DNA from: an uncultured Gammaproteobacteria bacterium
Lineage (GTDB): Bacteria; Pseudomonadota; Gammaproteobacteria; GCA-002705445; GCA-002716945
Assembly (NCBI GenBank): GCA_902628335.1
Contig: CACOMO010000001.1
Location: forward strand, 109,313-173,312
Direction of reading: 5' to 3'
Length of the DNA: 64,000 nt
Made by a program: the position numbers and the translations under genes. Below are positions 20,262 through 27,850 of this stretch, in pieces; position 1 is the stretch's first letter, and each line of letters begins with the position of its first letter. The notes beneath the pieces are model-generated. The model did no database searches, was not told the origin of the DNA, and was given only the letters and a program-made list of their open reading frames with translations.

Positions 20262-20966
20262 ATGATAAGTATACTATTAAAACTTTTGTCTTTATCCATA
20301 ATTACCTCTACTGTGATTATTTCAATTATGATTGATGTAGAAATATCAAGAGAAATTATTACTTATAATATTTTTCTGCAAATATTTTCAGCGTGTTTAG
20401 TCTCCATGAGTATGTATAAGTTCAATTTACGAAATGTAAATATTGCAAATTATATTACATATTCTCGATTAGTCATTATGATCACATTACTAGTTTTAGT
20501 AATATTTAAAGATGATATTTATAATATATATTATTCATTATATTTCACGTTCTTTTCTTTTTTAGTGTTTATTATGGATTGGTTAGATGGTTATGTTGCT
20601 AGAAAATATAGACAAATTACAGAGTTTGGGTTCTTGTTTGACCAAGAAGTAGATAATCTTTTCTTATTCATACTTGTGCTATCAATCACAATCTCTAATA
20701 ATGAATTATACTTTCTATGGATTATTCCATTATTCAGATATATCTTTCTCCTTATGAAGCAGATATTTGTTTGGATGAGATCAGAGCTCTATGAGAGTTT
20801 TAGACGAAAATTTATATGTGTAGTTACTACTTTTACATTGATTATATGTAATCTTGAAATTTTATCATTTTTTTTAATAGAACTTCTTAGTATAATTAGT
20901 GTATCAATCATAGTACTTTCGTTTATGAAAGATATTTTATGGTTATACAGGAGGAATAATGCTTAG
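20262..20966 (+). CDS. CDP-alcohol phosphatidyltransferase family protein
   Basis: Carries the complete D-x2-DG-x2-AR-x8-G-x3-D-x3-D signature (DWLDGYVARKYRQITEFGFLFDQEVD). Alternative starts are M49 (20406) and M51 (20412), just before the NIANYITYSR segment. Confidence 0.85.
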   Translation: MISILLKLLSLSIITSTVIISIMIDVEISREIITYNIFLQIFSACLVSMSMYKFNLRNVNIANYITYSRLVIMITLLVLVIFKDDIYNIYYSLYFTFFSFLVFIMDWLDGYVARKYRQITEFGFLFDQEVDNLFLFILVLSITISNNELYFLWIIPLFRYIFLLMKQIFVWMRSELYESFRRKFICVVTTFTLIICNLEILSFFLIELLSIISVSIIVLSFMKDILWLYRRNNA

Positions 20967-21543
20967 ATTAACTACATTCTTAATATTAATATTTACATCT
21001 CTACAACTACTCGCCGATGAAGATAAATACATAATAGATGATTCTCATTTTAGCCTTGGTTTTTTAGTGGAGCATGCAGGTTACTCCAAAACTCTTGGTT
21101 TATTCAAACATATTGAGGGGGATTTTATTTATGACGAATCCTCAAATAGTGTTAAAAATTTATCAATTACCGTTAATACTGATAGTGTTTTCACTAATCA
21201 TGACAAAAGAGACTCTCATTTAAGAAGCCCAGATTTTCTAAACACGGATCAATATCCGACGATGACTTTTGAGGTCAAGGAATATGCGTTAAATGACACG
21301 CCTGGGCAAATTATGGGTAATTTGACGCTTCTGGGTATTACAAAACCAATCAATCTTGATTTTAATATAAATAAAATAGCTCAATATCCGTTCAGGATAG
21401 GTCTTAGTAAACCCATGGTAATGGGCGTGTCTGCGAGTACAAGTTTTAAAAGATCCGACTATGGGATGAGTTATGGTTTAGAAAAAGAACTTGTAGGGGA
21501 TGAGATTGAGTTAATAATTGAGTTTGAAGCTCGGCGACAATAA
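20959..21543 (+). CDS. YceI-family periplasmic lipid/polyisoprenoid-binding protein
   Basis: 194 aa with a signal peptide. Contains HFSLGFLVEH, the RDSHLRSPDFLNTDQYPTMTF motif and a YceI-type C-terminus (IELIIEFEA). Overlaps the CAPT gene by 8 nt. Confidence 0.85.
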   Translation: MLRLTTFLILIFTSLQLLADEDKYIIDDSHFSLGFLVEHAGYSKTLGLFKHIEGDFIYDESSNSVKNLSITVNTDSVFTNHDKRDSHLRSPDFLNTDQYPTMTFEVKEYALNDTPGQIMGNLTLLGITKPINLDFNINKIAQYPFRIGLSKPMVMGVSASTSFKRSDYGMSYGLEKELVGDEIELIIEFEARRQ

Positions 21544-21544
21544 C

Positions 21545-22213
21545 ATGCGCCTGAAAGAAATACAACTCAACTCTAAAGAGTTAAGAGACTATATTGATCT
21601 TGTTGGATACGAAAAAGATCAAACGCTGAGTGATCTTAGGGAGGCTACCAAATCACTCGGTGATGCATCTATAATGCAGATAGGATCTAGTCAAGGTAAA
21701 CTCATTGAAATCATATGTAGATTAGGAAAATTTAGCAAGTGTATAGAAATAGGAGTATTCACTGGATATAGTTCTATTTGTATTGCCAAAGGTATGGTCG
21801 ATCATGGTAAATTATATGCTATTGATCCATCAGAACAATATACAAAAATAGCACGTGATTTTTGGAAGAAAGCTGGTGTTGATAATAAAATAGAACTAAT
21901 TCTAAATAAGGGTAATGAGGCCCTTGATAATTTATTAGGTGAAGGTCAAAAAGAAGAATATGATCTCGTGTTTATCGATGCAGATAAAGCTAACTATATT
22001 GATTATTATGAAAAATCGATGGTATTGATCAAACCAGGGGGTCTGGTAATTATAGATAATACTGTTTGGAAGGGCAAGGTACTTGATCATAGTGATCAAT
22101 CTGAAAGTACATCTACTATTAGGAAACTTAATGATATAATAGCGAGTGATGAACGCGTAAGACATTGTATGTTAACAATGTATGATGGGATGACAATATG
22201 TCAGAAAAAATAA
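21545..22213 (+). CDS. Family-3 (CCoAOMT/TrmR-like) SAM-dependent O-methyltransferase
   Basis: Contains IEIGVFTGYSS, DLVFIDADKANY and GGLVIIDNTVWKG (metal-binding D/D/N pattern). I chose the ATG at 21545, 1 nt after the yceI stop. The track start at 21518 lies inside yceI. Confidence 0.85.
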   Translation: MRLKEIQLNSKELRDYIDLVGYEKDQTLSDLREATKSLGDASIMQIGSSQGKLIEIICRLGKFSKCIEIGVFTGYSSICIAKGMVDHGKLYAIDPSEQYTKIARDFWKKAGVDNKIELILNKGNEALDNLLGEGQKEEYDLVFIDADKANYIDYYEKSMVLIKPGGLVIIDNTVWKGKVLDHSDQSESTSTIRKLNDIIASDERVRHCMLTMYDGMTICQKK

Positions 22214-22896
22214 TAGATGTATTGAGTTTTTACAAATTCATAAAACTGCAATCATTAGAAGTTTTAAAAAAAGAAATTTGGCGTTTTATGTCAGATAGAA
22301 ATATTCAAGGTACTATAATACTGTCACCTGAAGGGATAAATATAAATATATGTGGTACCAAGGATAATATTAAAGAGTCAAAAAAATTTCTCCTCAAAAG
22401 ATTGAAAATTAGTAAGGTTTTTTTTAACGAAGATAAGATTAATGGAATGGCTTTCACTAAGTTGAAAGTTAAGATTAAAAGAGAAATTATTAAACTAGGT
22501 TTTCATTTACAGCCGGACCTGATACTAGATCATGAGCATATTGATTCATCAAGATGGGATAAATTGATGTTAAATGATACAATTATCATTGATACAAGGA
22601 ATAAATTTGAGTATCTAATGGGTAGTTTTAGAAATTCAATTAATCTAGATTTATACAATTTTAGTGACCTAGAAAATAAAATTAACACGCTCTCGTTGCC
22701 TGCAAAATCTAAAGATATAGGAATATTCTGTACAGGTGGCATAAGGTGTGAAAAAGCTTCACTGGTTTTAAGAAAACTAGGATATAAAAAAATCTATCAA
22801 CTGCATGGTGGCATTATCAATTATCTAAGAGAAAAGCCAAACAGTAAAAACTGGCAAGGCGAGTGTTTTGTTTTCGATGATAGAATTACTTATTAG
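22198..22896 (+). CDS. trhO: Rhodanese-domain tRNA U34 hydroxylase TrhO (YceA/YbfQ, UPF0176), short form
   Basis: Has a UPF0176 N-terminal domain plus a rhodanese domain with an active-site loop (FCTGGIRCEKAS). Overlaps the O-methyltransferase gene by 16 nt. At 232 aa it lacks the C-terminal extension of E. coli YceA. Confidence 0.78.
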   Translation: MSEKIIDVLSFYKFIKLQSLEVLKKEIWRFMSDRNIQGTIILSPEGININICGTKDNIKESKKFLLKRLKISKVFFNEDKINGMAFTKLKVKIKREIIKLGFHLQPDLILDHEHIDSSRWDKLMLNDTIIIDTRNKFEYLMGSFRNSINLDLYNFSDLENKINTLSLPAKSKDIGIFCTGGIRCEKASLVLRKLGYKKIYQLHGGIINYLREKPNSKNWQGECFVFDDRITY

Positions 22897-22902
22897 AAAT
22901 AA

Positions 22903-23889
22903 TTAATTAATCAATATTTTATCTACTAAAATCTCGGTATTATCGTAATTTTTAAGGCTTATCAAGTCAGACTGGTAAACAGTTTTCATCTCAGTGCTAA
23001 CAAAATCCTCATTACTAGTTTTTATGAGAAGAGTAACCTCTGTAGGTAATTGATCAGTGTTATTTATCATTATGTTATTATCTGATATGAGAATCTCCGA
23101 AACTATTTGTGCACTTTTCATCCGTTTGACGGCAAATGGAGCTTGTTTATCTGATCGTAGTATAAAAAAAATATTTTTAGATTGCTGAAGAGTTGAAATA
23201 ACATCCTCGGATAATTTTATCTTCACCATATGAGTGATTTGTGTGTTTTTGTTTAGGTCATCTAGAGCTTTCTGGTATGAATCTTTGTTAACAATATTTG
23301 GATTTTCAATAACTTTGCTAAGAACAAGTTTAGTTGTTTCAACATCATTAATTTCAAATAAGTAATTAAGATACATATTAAAAGCATTCACATCGTTATA
23401 GTTAGTTATAATGAGTTTTTCGTATGTATTAATTATCTCGAGCTTATTTTTTTTTGCGTCAATTTTTCTAAGTACAAATATATAATCTAATAATAAATCG
23501 GGATCATTACTGTTCATCGATATAGCTTTCTTAAAGAATTGTGCAGACTGAGAAAATTCATTAATTAACATATAGGACTTACCTAGCATTATATTTCCTT
23601 TCAGATTGTTTGGCTCATTTCTTACCTGCTCCTCTAGAATTGGAATATTATTTTTTATGATTTTTATGTTTTCTCTTATTTTCATATTCCTTTCGGATAA
23701 TTTAGAATATTCATCTTTAAGGTGAATGCCGGAGTCTATCTGGAAAACAACAATTAATCCGGCAGTAATGACAAAGAGAGGTAGGACTAACCTTAAATTT
23801 TTCAAGTTGATTTGAGATTTCTCTCCATAGTTTTTATATAAATAGAAAATATATATGATGCTAATTAGGGAGAATATAACAAAAATCAT
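22903..23889 (-). CDS. ccmI: Cytochrome c maturation TPR protein CcmI (CycH-like)
   Basis: Has an N-terminal TM segment, a second TM, and TPR-like repeats (GKSYMLINEFSQSAQFFKKAISMNSNDPD). The start is set to ATG 23889, overlapping the ccmH stop (TAATG). The track's 22 extra residues lie inside ccmH. Confidence 0.68.
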   Translation of the reverse strand: MIFVIFSLISIIYIFYLYKNYGEKSQINLKNLRLVLPLFVITAGLIVVFQIDSGIHLKDEYSKLSERNMKIRENIKIIKNNIPILEEQVRNEPNNLKGNIMLGKSYMLINEFSQSAQFFKKAISMNSNDPDLLLDYIFVLRKIDAKKNKLEIINTYEKLIITNYNDVNAFNMYLNYLFEINDVETTKLVLSKVIENPNIVNKDSYQKALDDLNKNTQITHMVKIKLSEDVISTLQQSKNIFFILRSDKQAPFAVKRMKSAQIVSEILISDNNIMINNTDQLPTEVTLLIKTSNEDFVSTEMKTVYQSDLISLKNYDNTEILVDKILIN

Positions 23890-24296
23890 TATCTCACTCC
23901 CTTCTTGAATAATAGAAATGTAATAATTATCATAAACAATAATGGTCCAAACCATAAGACTATATTCTGCTTATTCACTGGAGGGTCATATAAGATAAAA
24001 CTACTGTATCTATCAGCCATAAATTGTTTTATTTCGCTTTCACTTTTTCCATCTTTGATCATTTCTTTTATTTTGTTTCGCAAATCAACTGCCAGAGGTG
24101 CCTCTGATTCAGCTATATTTTGATTTTGGCATACCATACACCTGACTTCTTTAATTAAGGAGTTGTATAGTGACTTTTCATCTAACTGTAAATCAGAGAT
24201 TGTTATCGATGAATATGAGAGTATTACGATACTAAAACTTATTTTGATTAGCTTTCTGGATTTTTGGAAGAATATTGTTTTTAAATATTTGCTCAT
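23889..24296 (-). CDS. ccmH: Cytochrome c-type biogenesis protein CcmH
   Basis: Contains the RCMVCQNQ (CxxC) motif. ATG 24296 is preceded by TAGGTG at 6-nt spacing. The track begins at GTG 24305. It overlaps the ccmG 3' end by about 65 nt. Confidence 0.85.
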   Translation of the reverse strand: MSKYLKTIFFQKSRKLIKISFSIVILSYSSITISDLQLDEKSLYNSLIKEVRCMVCQNQNIAESEAPLAVDLRNKIKEMIKDGKSESEIKQFMADRYSSFILYDPPVNKQNIVLWFGPLLFMIIITFLLFKKGVR

Positions 24297-24756
24297 CAAT
24301 TGCACCTATAAATTTGTCTATGATAATTCCTTTTTTGTCAATTATAAACGTTTCTGGAACTCCATAAACCCCCATTTCAAGACCTAGTTCACCATTTATG
24401 TCATGAATATTAAATAGGTATGGATTACCATAAATTGCTAACCAACCTAATGCGTCACTCCGATTATCTTTATAATTTATACCAATTATATCTATGCCTT
24501 GTTGTTGAATATTCTTTAGAAGCATGTGTTCTCTTGTACATTCTAAGCACCAGCTAGCCCATACATTTATAAGAAAAGCCTTCTTAGGAAAGTATCGAGA
24601 GCTTACTAGATTACCCGTCTTAAGTTCCTCTAGATTAAAACTAGGCATTGACTTGCCAACAAGAGGAGAGTCAACATCTTTTGTATCAATAAATAACCCT
24701 AGTGATAAAGTAACAAAAAAGATAAGGAAAATTAGTAAAACCACACTTTTTTTCAA
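24232..24756 (-). CDS. ccmG: Thiol:disulfide interchange protein CcmG/DsbE
   Basis: 174 aa with an N-terminal TM anchor, thioredoxin motif WASWCLEC and GVYGVPETFIID. Confidence 0.9.
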   Translation of the reverse strand: MKKSVVLLIFLIFFVTLSLGLFIDTKDVDSPLVGKSMPSFNLEELKTGNLVSSRYFPKKAFLINVWASWCLECTREHMLLKNIQQQGIDIIGINYKDNRSDALGWLAIYGNPYLFNIHDINGELGLEMGVYGVPETFIIDKKGIIIDKFIGAIDEQIFKNNILPKIQKANQNKF

Positions 24757-24760
24757 ATCA

Positions 24761-26680
24761 TTATCCTCTTGCTAATTTTTCATTTCTCCTAAAAATTATA
24801 CTAAGTATTGCGCCGATTACCATTAATAACGCACCAAGCCAAATCAAACGTATTAGTGGTTTGTGGTAGATTCTGACGGACCATTTAGTCTCTGATACAA
24901 CATTACCTAAGGTTATATAGAGGTCACGAGTGAAGCCAGGAGATATACCTGCCTCAGTCATAGGCATATCACTGGAAAAGTATAGACGTTTTTCAGGGTA
25001 CAAAACAGATTCAGGAGAACCATCTTTAACAACAATAAACTCTGCTCTAACTGATTTATAATTTGGACCTTCAAATTCCTCCAAATCCGAAAAAGTGAAC
25101 TCATAGTCTTTAAGTTTTACTGTATCACCTAACTGTATTACTTCCTCCCTCTCTATTTTGTTATTCTCAACGATTGTTGCACCGAGAACAAATACTGCTA
25201 AACCAAAATGAGCTAATAACATCCCTGAGTTTTTTAATAAAAAATTAAAACTTTTTAGATCCTTATATCTTCGATAAATAAAAAATGTGAGATTAATGCT
25301 GATCCAAAAAAATATAAACAAACCAAGGAGTACAAATATATTCGGTGATGATGTTATGAAACCGCTTATTAATGTGAAAAGAGCTACTATAAAGATGCTA
25401 ATGAAGAAATATCTGATTAATTTTTGATTTTGATTATTTCTGAAAAAAACATATATGGGAATATATCCAGCTAATAAAACTAGTGGTGTCATTATCGGTA
25501 GAAATACTGCATTATAATATGGCGTTCCAACGGAGATTTTTTCTAAGCCCAAAAGATCTAGGACTAGTGGGTATATAGTTCCGAGGAGAATTGTAAAAGT
25601 TGCCGTAACAAGGAGTATATTGTTAATCAGGAAAAAACTCTCCTTCGACACAAGTTTAAATGAAAATGGATCATGCATTTTTGAAGAATTCCTCATGTAA
25701 ATTATAAGAGATATTCCAAGAATTAAAGCTAGGAAAATTAGTATGAATGCTCCACGTGCAGGGTCATTAGCAAATGAATGAACCGAAATCAAGATACCTG
25801 ATCTAACCAAAAAGGTACCCAGTATACTGAGTGTAAATGCAAAAATTGCGAGTATTATCGTCCAGTTTTTGAACATTGACTTCTGCTCACAAATGATTAA
25901 CGAGTGAATTAAAGCAGTTGTTACTAACCATGGCATAAATGAAGCGTTTTCTACAGGGTCCCAGAACCACCATCCGCCCCATCCTAGTTCATAGTATGCC
26001 CACCAACTCCCAAGAGCTATGCCAAGTGTCAAAAAAGCCCATGACATTAAAGCCCATGGTCTAATCCATCGAGCCCACTCTTTTTTAAACTCTTGATAAA
26101 TACAGCATGTGAGTGCAAACGCAAAAACAACGGAAAGTCCTACATATCCCATATATAACATGGGTGGATGAATGATCAAGCCAAAATCTTGTAATAAGGG
26201 GTTAAGATCTTTTCCGTCGATTGGGACTGAGAGATTTCTCTCAAATGGATTCGATGTGAAGACTAAAAAGGCAAGGAAGCCAATGTTCAAAAGTCCCATT
26301 ATTGTTAAGAAAGTTCTTCTAAAGTCAGAATCTAAGGTTTTGCTATAAACGCTTGCTAGAAACATCCAAAGACTCAAAATTAAGCACCATAACAACATCG
26401 AACCTTCATGACCTGCCCATGTTGCTGAGATTTTATAATAATATGGAAGTGCAGAATTTGAATTGGACGAAATATACCTCAAAGAAAAATCATCAAGTAC
26501 AAATGATACTGCAAGACAAATAAAAGACGATAAAACCAGAGGAAACTGTAATTTTGATGTTGATAAAATAAGACTATCATATTCTGATTTCTGCCCTGCA
26601 AGTAGAGGTCTAGAAATAACCATTAATGTTATATTCAACAGTGCGAGTAAAATTAAAAAATAACCTATATATGCAAACAT
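24761..26680 (-). CDS. ccmF: Cytochrome c heme lyase subunit CcmF
   Basis: 639 aa polytopic protein with the WWD signature WGGWWFWDPVENASFMPWL. Confidence 0.95.
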   Translation of the reverse strand: MFAYIGYFLILLALLNITLMVISRPLLAGQKSEYDSLILSTSKLQFPLVLSSFICLAVSFVLDDFSLRYISSNSNSALPYYYKISATWAGHEGSMLLWCLILSLWMFLASVYSKTLDSDFRRTFLTIMGLLNIGFLAFLVFTSNPFERNLSVPIDGKDLNPLLQDFGLIIHPPMLYMGYVGLSVVFAFALTCCIYQEFKKEWARWIRPWALMSWAFLTLGIALGSWWAYYELGWGGWWFWDPVENASFMPWLVTTALIHSLIICEQKSMFKNWTIILAIFAFTLSILGTFLVRSGILISVHSFANDPARGAFILIFLALILGISLIIYMRNSSKMHDPFSFKLVSKESFFLINNILLVTATFTILLGTIYPLVLDLLGLEKISVGTPYYNAVFLPIMTPLVLLAGYIPIYVFFRNNQNQKLIRYFFISIFIVALFTLISGFITSSPNIFVLLGLFIFFWISINLTFFIYRRYKDLKSFNFLLKNSGMLLAHFGLAVFVLGATIVENNKIEREEVIQLGDTVKLKDYEFTFSDLEEFEGPNYKSVRAEFIVVKDGSPESVLYPEKRLYFSSDMPMTEAGISPGFTRDLYITLGNVVSETKWSVRIYHKPLIRLIWLGALLMVIGAILSIIFRRNEKLARG

Positions 26681-26684
26681 ATTT

Positions 26685-27140
26685 TTACCTTATTGATTTA
26701 CTCGTTCTCTCTATCTCTGACTCGTTTATTTGAAGGCTATCTGTCAACTCTGGAGGCATATAGGTTTCGTCGTGTTTTGCTAAAACTTCTTCAGCAACAA
26801 AAATACCGTCATTATTAATCTTGCCTCTCATAACTACACCTTGACCCTCTCTAAATAAATCTGGGAGAATGCCTGTATATGTGATGTTCAATTCATTACT
26901 AAAATCAGTAATTATAAAATCTATTTTCGTTGTTTCCTCGTACCTTACGATACTATTTTCTAAAACAACTCCACCTACTCTAAAAACATATCCATCAGGT
27001 ATATTGCCAGCTTTGATCTGGGTTGGACTTCTGTAAAATAGTAGATTATCACTAAAAGTTTGTATGAATAAAACAAATAGCAAACTGATTAATATAAGAA
27101 TCGTAGAAACAAACATCACTCTCCTAGATCTCCTTTTCAT
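26685..27140 (-). CDS. ccmE: Heme chaperone CcmE
   Basis: 151 aa with an N-terminal anchor, an OB-fold region and the heme-binding His context (LAKHDETYMPPE). Confidence 0.9.
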   Translation of the reverse strand: MKRRSRRVMFVSTILILISLLFVLFIQTFSDNLLFYRSPTQIKAGNIPDGYVFRVGGVVLENSIVRYEETTKIDFIITDFSNELNITYTGILPDLFREGQGVVMRGKINNDGIFVAEEVLAKHDETYMPPELTDSLQINESEIERTSKSIR

Positions 27141-27262
27141 TGTTGATTAGATATATCCTTTTTGATAGCCTTGTGAGTCAAAAATAAGATAATCAAATTC
27201 AATATCATCGCCGCTAATACGATGAAATATGAGGAAAATATATATACGAAATAGTCTTTCAT
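27137..27262 (-). CDS. ccmD: Heme exporter protein CcmD (41 aa, below the track's size cutoff)
   Basis: Hand translation gives MKDYFVYIFSSYFIVLAAMILNLIILFLTHKAIKKDISNQQ. It has a single TM followed by a basic tail. The stop overlaps the ccmE start (ATGA), which is the canonical position. Confidence 0.7.
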   Translation of the reverse strand: MKDYFVYIFSSYFIVLAAMILNLIILFLTHKAIKKDISNQQ

Positions 27263-27420
27263 AGAGCAAATATTAACCCATCTATTGCTAAATAAAAACT
27301 CTATTAATAGTATTCTTTTGATTAATTCTAAGGCTTTAAGGCACTAATATAATTCTGGTATAACAGTCTTTTCACTTATCATTTTGGCATGATAAATGCA
27401 TCTAATTAGTAAAAGTGTTG

Positions 27421-27469
27421 GGTGCATGCATTGGCAATATTTACTCCTCATTTTAATCATGCATGCACC
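27421..27469. repeat. Perfect 11-bp inverted repeat (GGTGCATGCAT / ATGCATGCACC) with a 27-nt spacer in a 278-nt noncoding gap
   Basis: Read directly. Positions 27421-27431 are the reverse complement of 27459-27469. The arms are GC-richer than the surrounding DNA, and each contains the palindrome TGCATGCA. Confidence 0.6.
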
Positions 27470-27540
27470 TTATGAGTGCTAGATGTTATTAAATGATCAT
27501 CGATTGATTATTTGATGGCTTATTTGTTATTATTTTATAC

Positions 27541-27783
27541 ATGTCTGATTATTTCATATGCTCTATTTGTGAAAAGGAATTCCCAGATAGCTTATCTAAG
27601 GATTCCTCTGCATATACGAAAAATAAATCACTAAGCTCAATGGGTAACTCGAATAAGTCTCAAAATCTTTGTTGTGTAGGTTGCTTTTTTACATATGTTG
27701 CTCCGATCAAAAAAGACGAGTCGGTGAAAAAAAAGCAAAATAACAAAATAAAAAATAACCTTAAGGTAATCAAGGGGCGTTAG
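27541..27783 (+). CDS. Hypothetical Cys-rich (CxxC...CCxxC) Lys-rich small protein
   Basis: 80-aa ORF: MSDYFICSICEKEF...CCVGCF... followed by a basic tail. No SD sequence. Its last 10 nt overlap the 5' end of tRNA-Lys. Coding status is uncertain. Confidence 0.3.
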   Translation: MSDYFICSICEKEFPDSLSKDSSAYTKNKSLSSMGNSNKSQNLCCVGCFFTYVAPIKKDESVKKKQNNKIKNNLKVIKGR

Positions 27784-27846
27784 CTCAGTTGGTAGAGCAG
27801 TGGACTCTTAATCCATTGGTCAAAGGTTCGAACCCTTTACGCCCTA
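27774..27846 (+). tRNA. tRNA-Lys (anticodon CUU)
   Basis: Hand-folded cloverleaf: GGGGCGT TA GCTC AGTTGGTA GAGC A GTGGA CTCTTAA TCCAT TGGTC AAAGG TTCGAAC CCTTT ACGCCCT A. It is close to E. coli tRNA-Lys apart from the anticodon. CCA is not encoded. Confidence 0.9.
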
Positions 27847-27850
27847 TATC

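Noticed and set aside
27263-27540. A possible degraded ccmC or ccmB remnant upstream of ccmD.
   Set aside because: The minus strand has no extended open frame. I noticed no CcmC-like tryptophan-rich (WGxxWxWD) segment when reading the minus strand of this gap, although I did not translate all three frames completely. The region looks genuinely noncoding.
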